A stretch of DNA of 50,140 bases from Nitrospinota bacterium (GTDB lineage: Bacteria; UBA8248), in contig JAYGFR010000240.1 in assembly GCA_046581755.1 (NCBI GenBank), forward strand, positions 1-50,140. The letters are read 5' to 3'. The notes under the pieces are model-generated. The model did not search any database. It worked only from the letters and a program-made list of their open reading frames with translations, and was not told the DNA's origin. Position 1 is the stretch's first letter. Each line of letters opens with the position of its first letter. The translations under genes and the position numbers were made by a program. This document shows, in pieces, positions 48,676-50,140 of the stretch.

Positions 48676-49650
48676 GTGAACAAATTCACCATGGCTCCGA
48701 CGGCCAGGCGGCTTGTCGAAAAAGTTTTGCTCGTCCGCCCCGGGGAGAAGGTGCTTCTCCTCACCGACCCGGACCGCCCCGCCTCGATCACGAAGGCGCT
48801 CGCCCACGCCATCTCAGCCGCCGGAGGAGAGCTGGCCCTCATGTACATGGAGCCGGTCACGATGGGCGGCGTCGAGCCTCCGGCCCACGTTGCCGCTGCC
48901 ATGAAGGCCTCGGACTGCATCTATCTCCAGGGGAGTTTTGCGGCAACCCACACCGATGCCGTCCGGGAGGCCCTCGCCGCCGGAGCGCGTGTGGTGGACA
49001 TGTGGGGGTTCGAGGAGGAAATGATGACGGTCGGCGGGGCGATGGCGGACTACGAAGAGATTGCTAGAATCACCCGGAAACTGGGCGAGCGGTTGAACGC
49101 GGCGCGAAAGGGCCGGTTCACCACACCGGACGGATGCGACATGACCTTTTCGCTTGAGGGAAGAGAGTGCGTCGAATTCAACGGAGTCGCGGCCGATCCG
49201 GGCCGCATCACCGCCTGTCCGGACGGAGAGGGAGCGATTAGCCCGGTCGAGGGATCGGCGGAGGGTGTCATGGTCAATCCCGTTTCCGTCGAACACGGGG
49301 AACTGGGATTCGTCTCAGAGCCCATGCGCCTCGAAGTATCCGGGGGCTATGTGAAATCGGTGACCGGCGGCCCCGCCGCCGAGCGGTTCTGGCGAATTCT
49401 CGAGGAAGGCGGAGATGCGGCGCGCAACATTGCCGAATTCGCGGTGGGAACCAATCCCGAATGCCGGAAGAGGGTTATTTTGCGGGAAGCGAAAACGGCT
49501 TGGGGCACCTGTCACATGGCGGTGGGGGACAATCGGACTCTGGGGGGAAGTGTTTTCGCTCCGCTTCATGTGGACATGATTTTTCATCGTCCCACGGTGT
49601 GGTTGGACGAGCGGGTAATCGTCCGGGACGGGAAAATTATTGGCCTTTGA
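48676..49650 (+). CDS. M29-like (thermophilic metalloprotease/aminopeptidase T) family protein
   Basis: VRPGEKVLLLTD, EPP, PDGE, NIAEFAVGTNP, GTCHMAVGDN..LGG....LHVD. Confidence 0.82.
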   Translation: MNKFTMAPTARRLVEKVLLVRPGEKVLLLTDPDRPASITKALAHAISAAGGELALMYMEPVTMGGVEPPAHVAAAMKASDCIYLQGSFAATHTDAVREALAAGARVVDMWGFEEEMMTVGGAMADYEEIARITRKLGERLNAARKGRFTTPDGCDMTFSLEGRECVEFNGVAADPGRITACPDGEGAISPVEGSAEGVMVNPVSVEHGELGFVSEPMRLEVSGGYVKSVTGGPAAERFWRILEEGGDAARNIAEFAVGTNPECRKRVILREAKTAWGTCHMAVGDNRTLGGSVFAPLHVDMIFHRPTVWLDERVIVRDGKIIGL

Positions 49651-49801
49651 ACCCGAGAAGCGGATTGCGGGACCGGGTCCGCGTGACCCGATGGCCGTCC
49701 CCCGCAAAAACGCGGCGAGGATAGACGGTGCGGTTCTTTGCGCGTGGATGGTGCCAGCTTATTTCGGTTGAGAATCGAAAGAGAAAATTATTTTAATTTT
49801 A

Positions 49802-50140
49802 GAGGCTGCCGAAAAAGTCCTTCATCACGCCGCTATAGGTTGGGCGAGTATATACTCGGGGAGCACCCCCCGCCTGATGGAGCCCCATTCATGCTCAGGC
49901 ACGATTCCACCCAGCGAAGCTTCTTCGACCAGACCCTTTATGACCGCCTCATCAAGCCGGGCCACTTCTTGCGCCGCCTCGATGCAGTAATCGATCTCGG
50001 CTTCGTCCACCGCCTCTGCCGAGGCTGCTACGCGAAGGAGTCGGGGCGCCCCGCGGCCTCTCCGGTGATGTTGTTCAAGATTCTGCTGCTTCAGTTCCTC
50101 CACGACATCTCGGACCGAAGGATCGTGGAGGAGGTACGCT
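49802..50140 (+). mobile_element. IS1182-family element, left end (runs off the window)
   Basis: Left-end-like GAGGCTGCCGAAAAAGTC at 49802 after an AT-rich site; transposase follows. Confidence 0.75.
49891..50140 (+). CDS. IS1182/IS5-related transposase N-terminus (DUF772), partial; not in the ORF track
   Basis: MLRHDSTQRSFFDQTLYDRLIKPGHFLRRLDAVIDLGFV...YAKESGRPAASPVMLFKILLLQFLHDISDRRIVEEVR. Confidence 0.9.
   Translation, partial: MLRHDSTQRSFFDQTLYDRLIKPGHFLRRLDAVIDLGFVHRLCRGCYAKESGRPAASPVMLFKILLLQFLHDISDRRIVEEVR

Noticed and set aside
49825..50103. 92-aa minus-strand ORF
   Set aside because: It is antisense to the IS1182-family transposase on the plus strand.
1..50140. CRISPR arrays, tRNA or rRNA genes
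   Set aside because: No regularly spaced repeats, cloverleaf motifs or rRNA signatures were seen by eye.

Overview
GC-rich chromosomal window from a diderm bacterium. The split Rieske/cytochrome b genes plus an octaheme cytochrome c resemble Nitrospinota/Nitrospirota/Tectomicrobia-like organisms (inference only). It is bounded by an IS1380-family element that interrupts a PqiC-like lipoprotein gene (left) and the start of an IS1182-family element (right). In order it holds: a b6-type Rieske/cyt b operon with two tiny candidate subunit genes; polyferredoxin, RelA/SpoT, K+ channel, endonuclease V and the octaheme cytochrome c; a four-gene cluster of unknown function (ATP-grasp, DUF1611-like P-loop, second ATP-grasp, NTT/HEAT/cNMP transporter) divergent from an ATPase-less Dpp-type ABC cassette and a frameshifted HDAC-family gene; TetR-copA-copZ; a dioxygenase, flavin reductase and SDR; a CxxU selenoprotein-type AhpD gene; a DUF3090/SCO1664 pair; a SuyAB/Ldh_2 cluster; an Old Yellow Enzyme; a secreted HxH-repeat His/Lys-rich protein split at a G11 tract; a desaturase with an apolipoprotein-like tail; and an M29-like peptidase. 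The best candidates for undescribed biology are the dual ATP-grasp cluster and the HxH-repeat protein. All family calls come from motif recognition by eye; no database searches were run.
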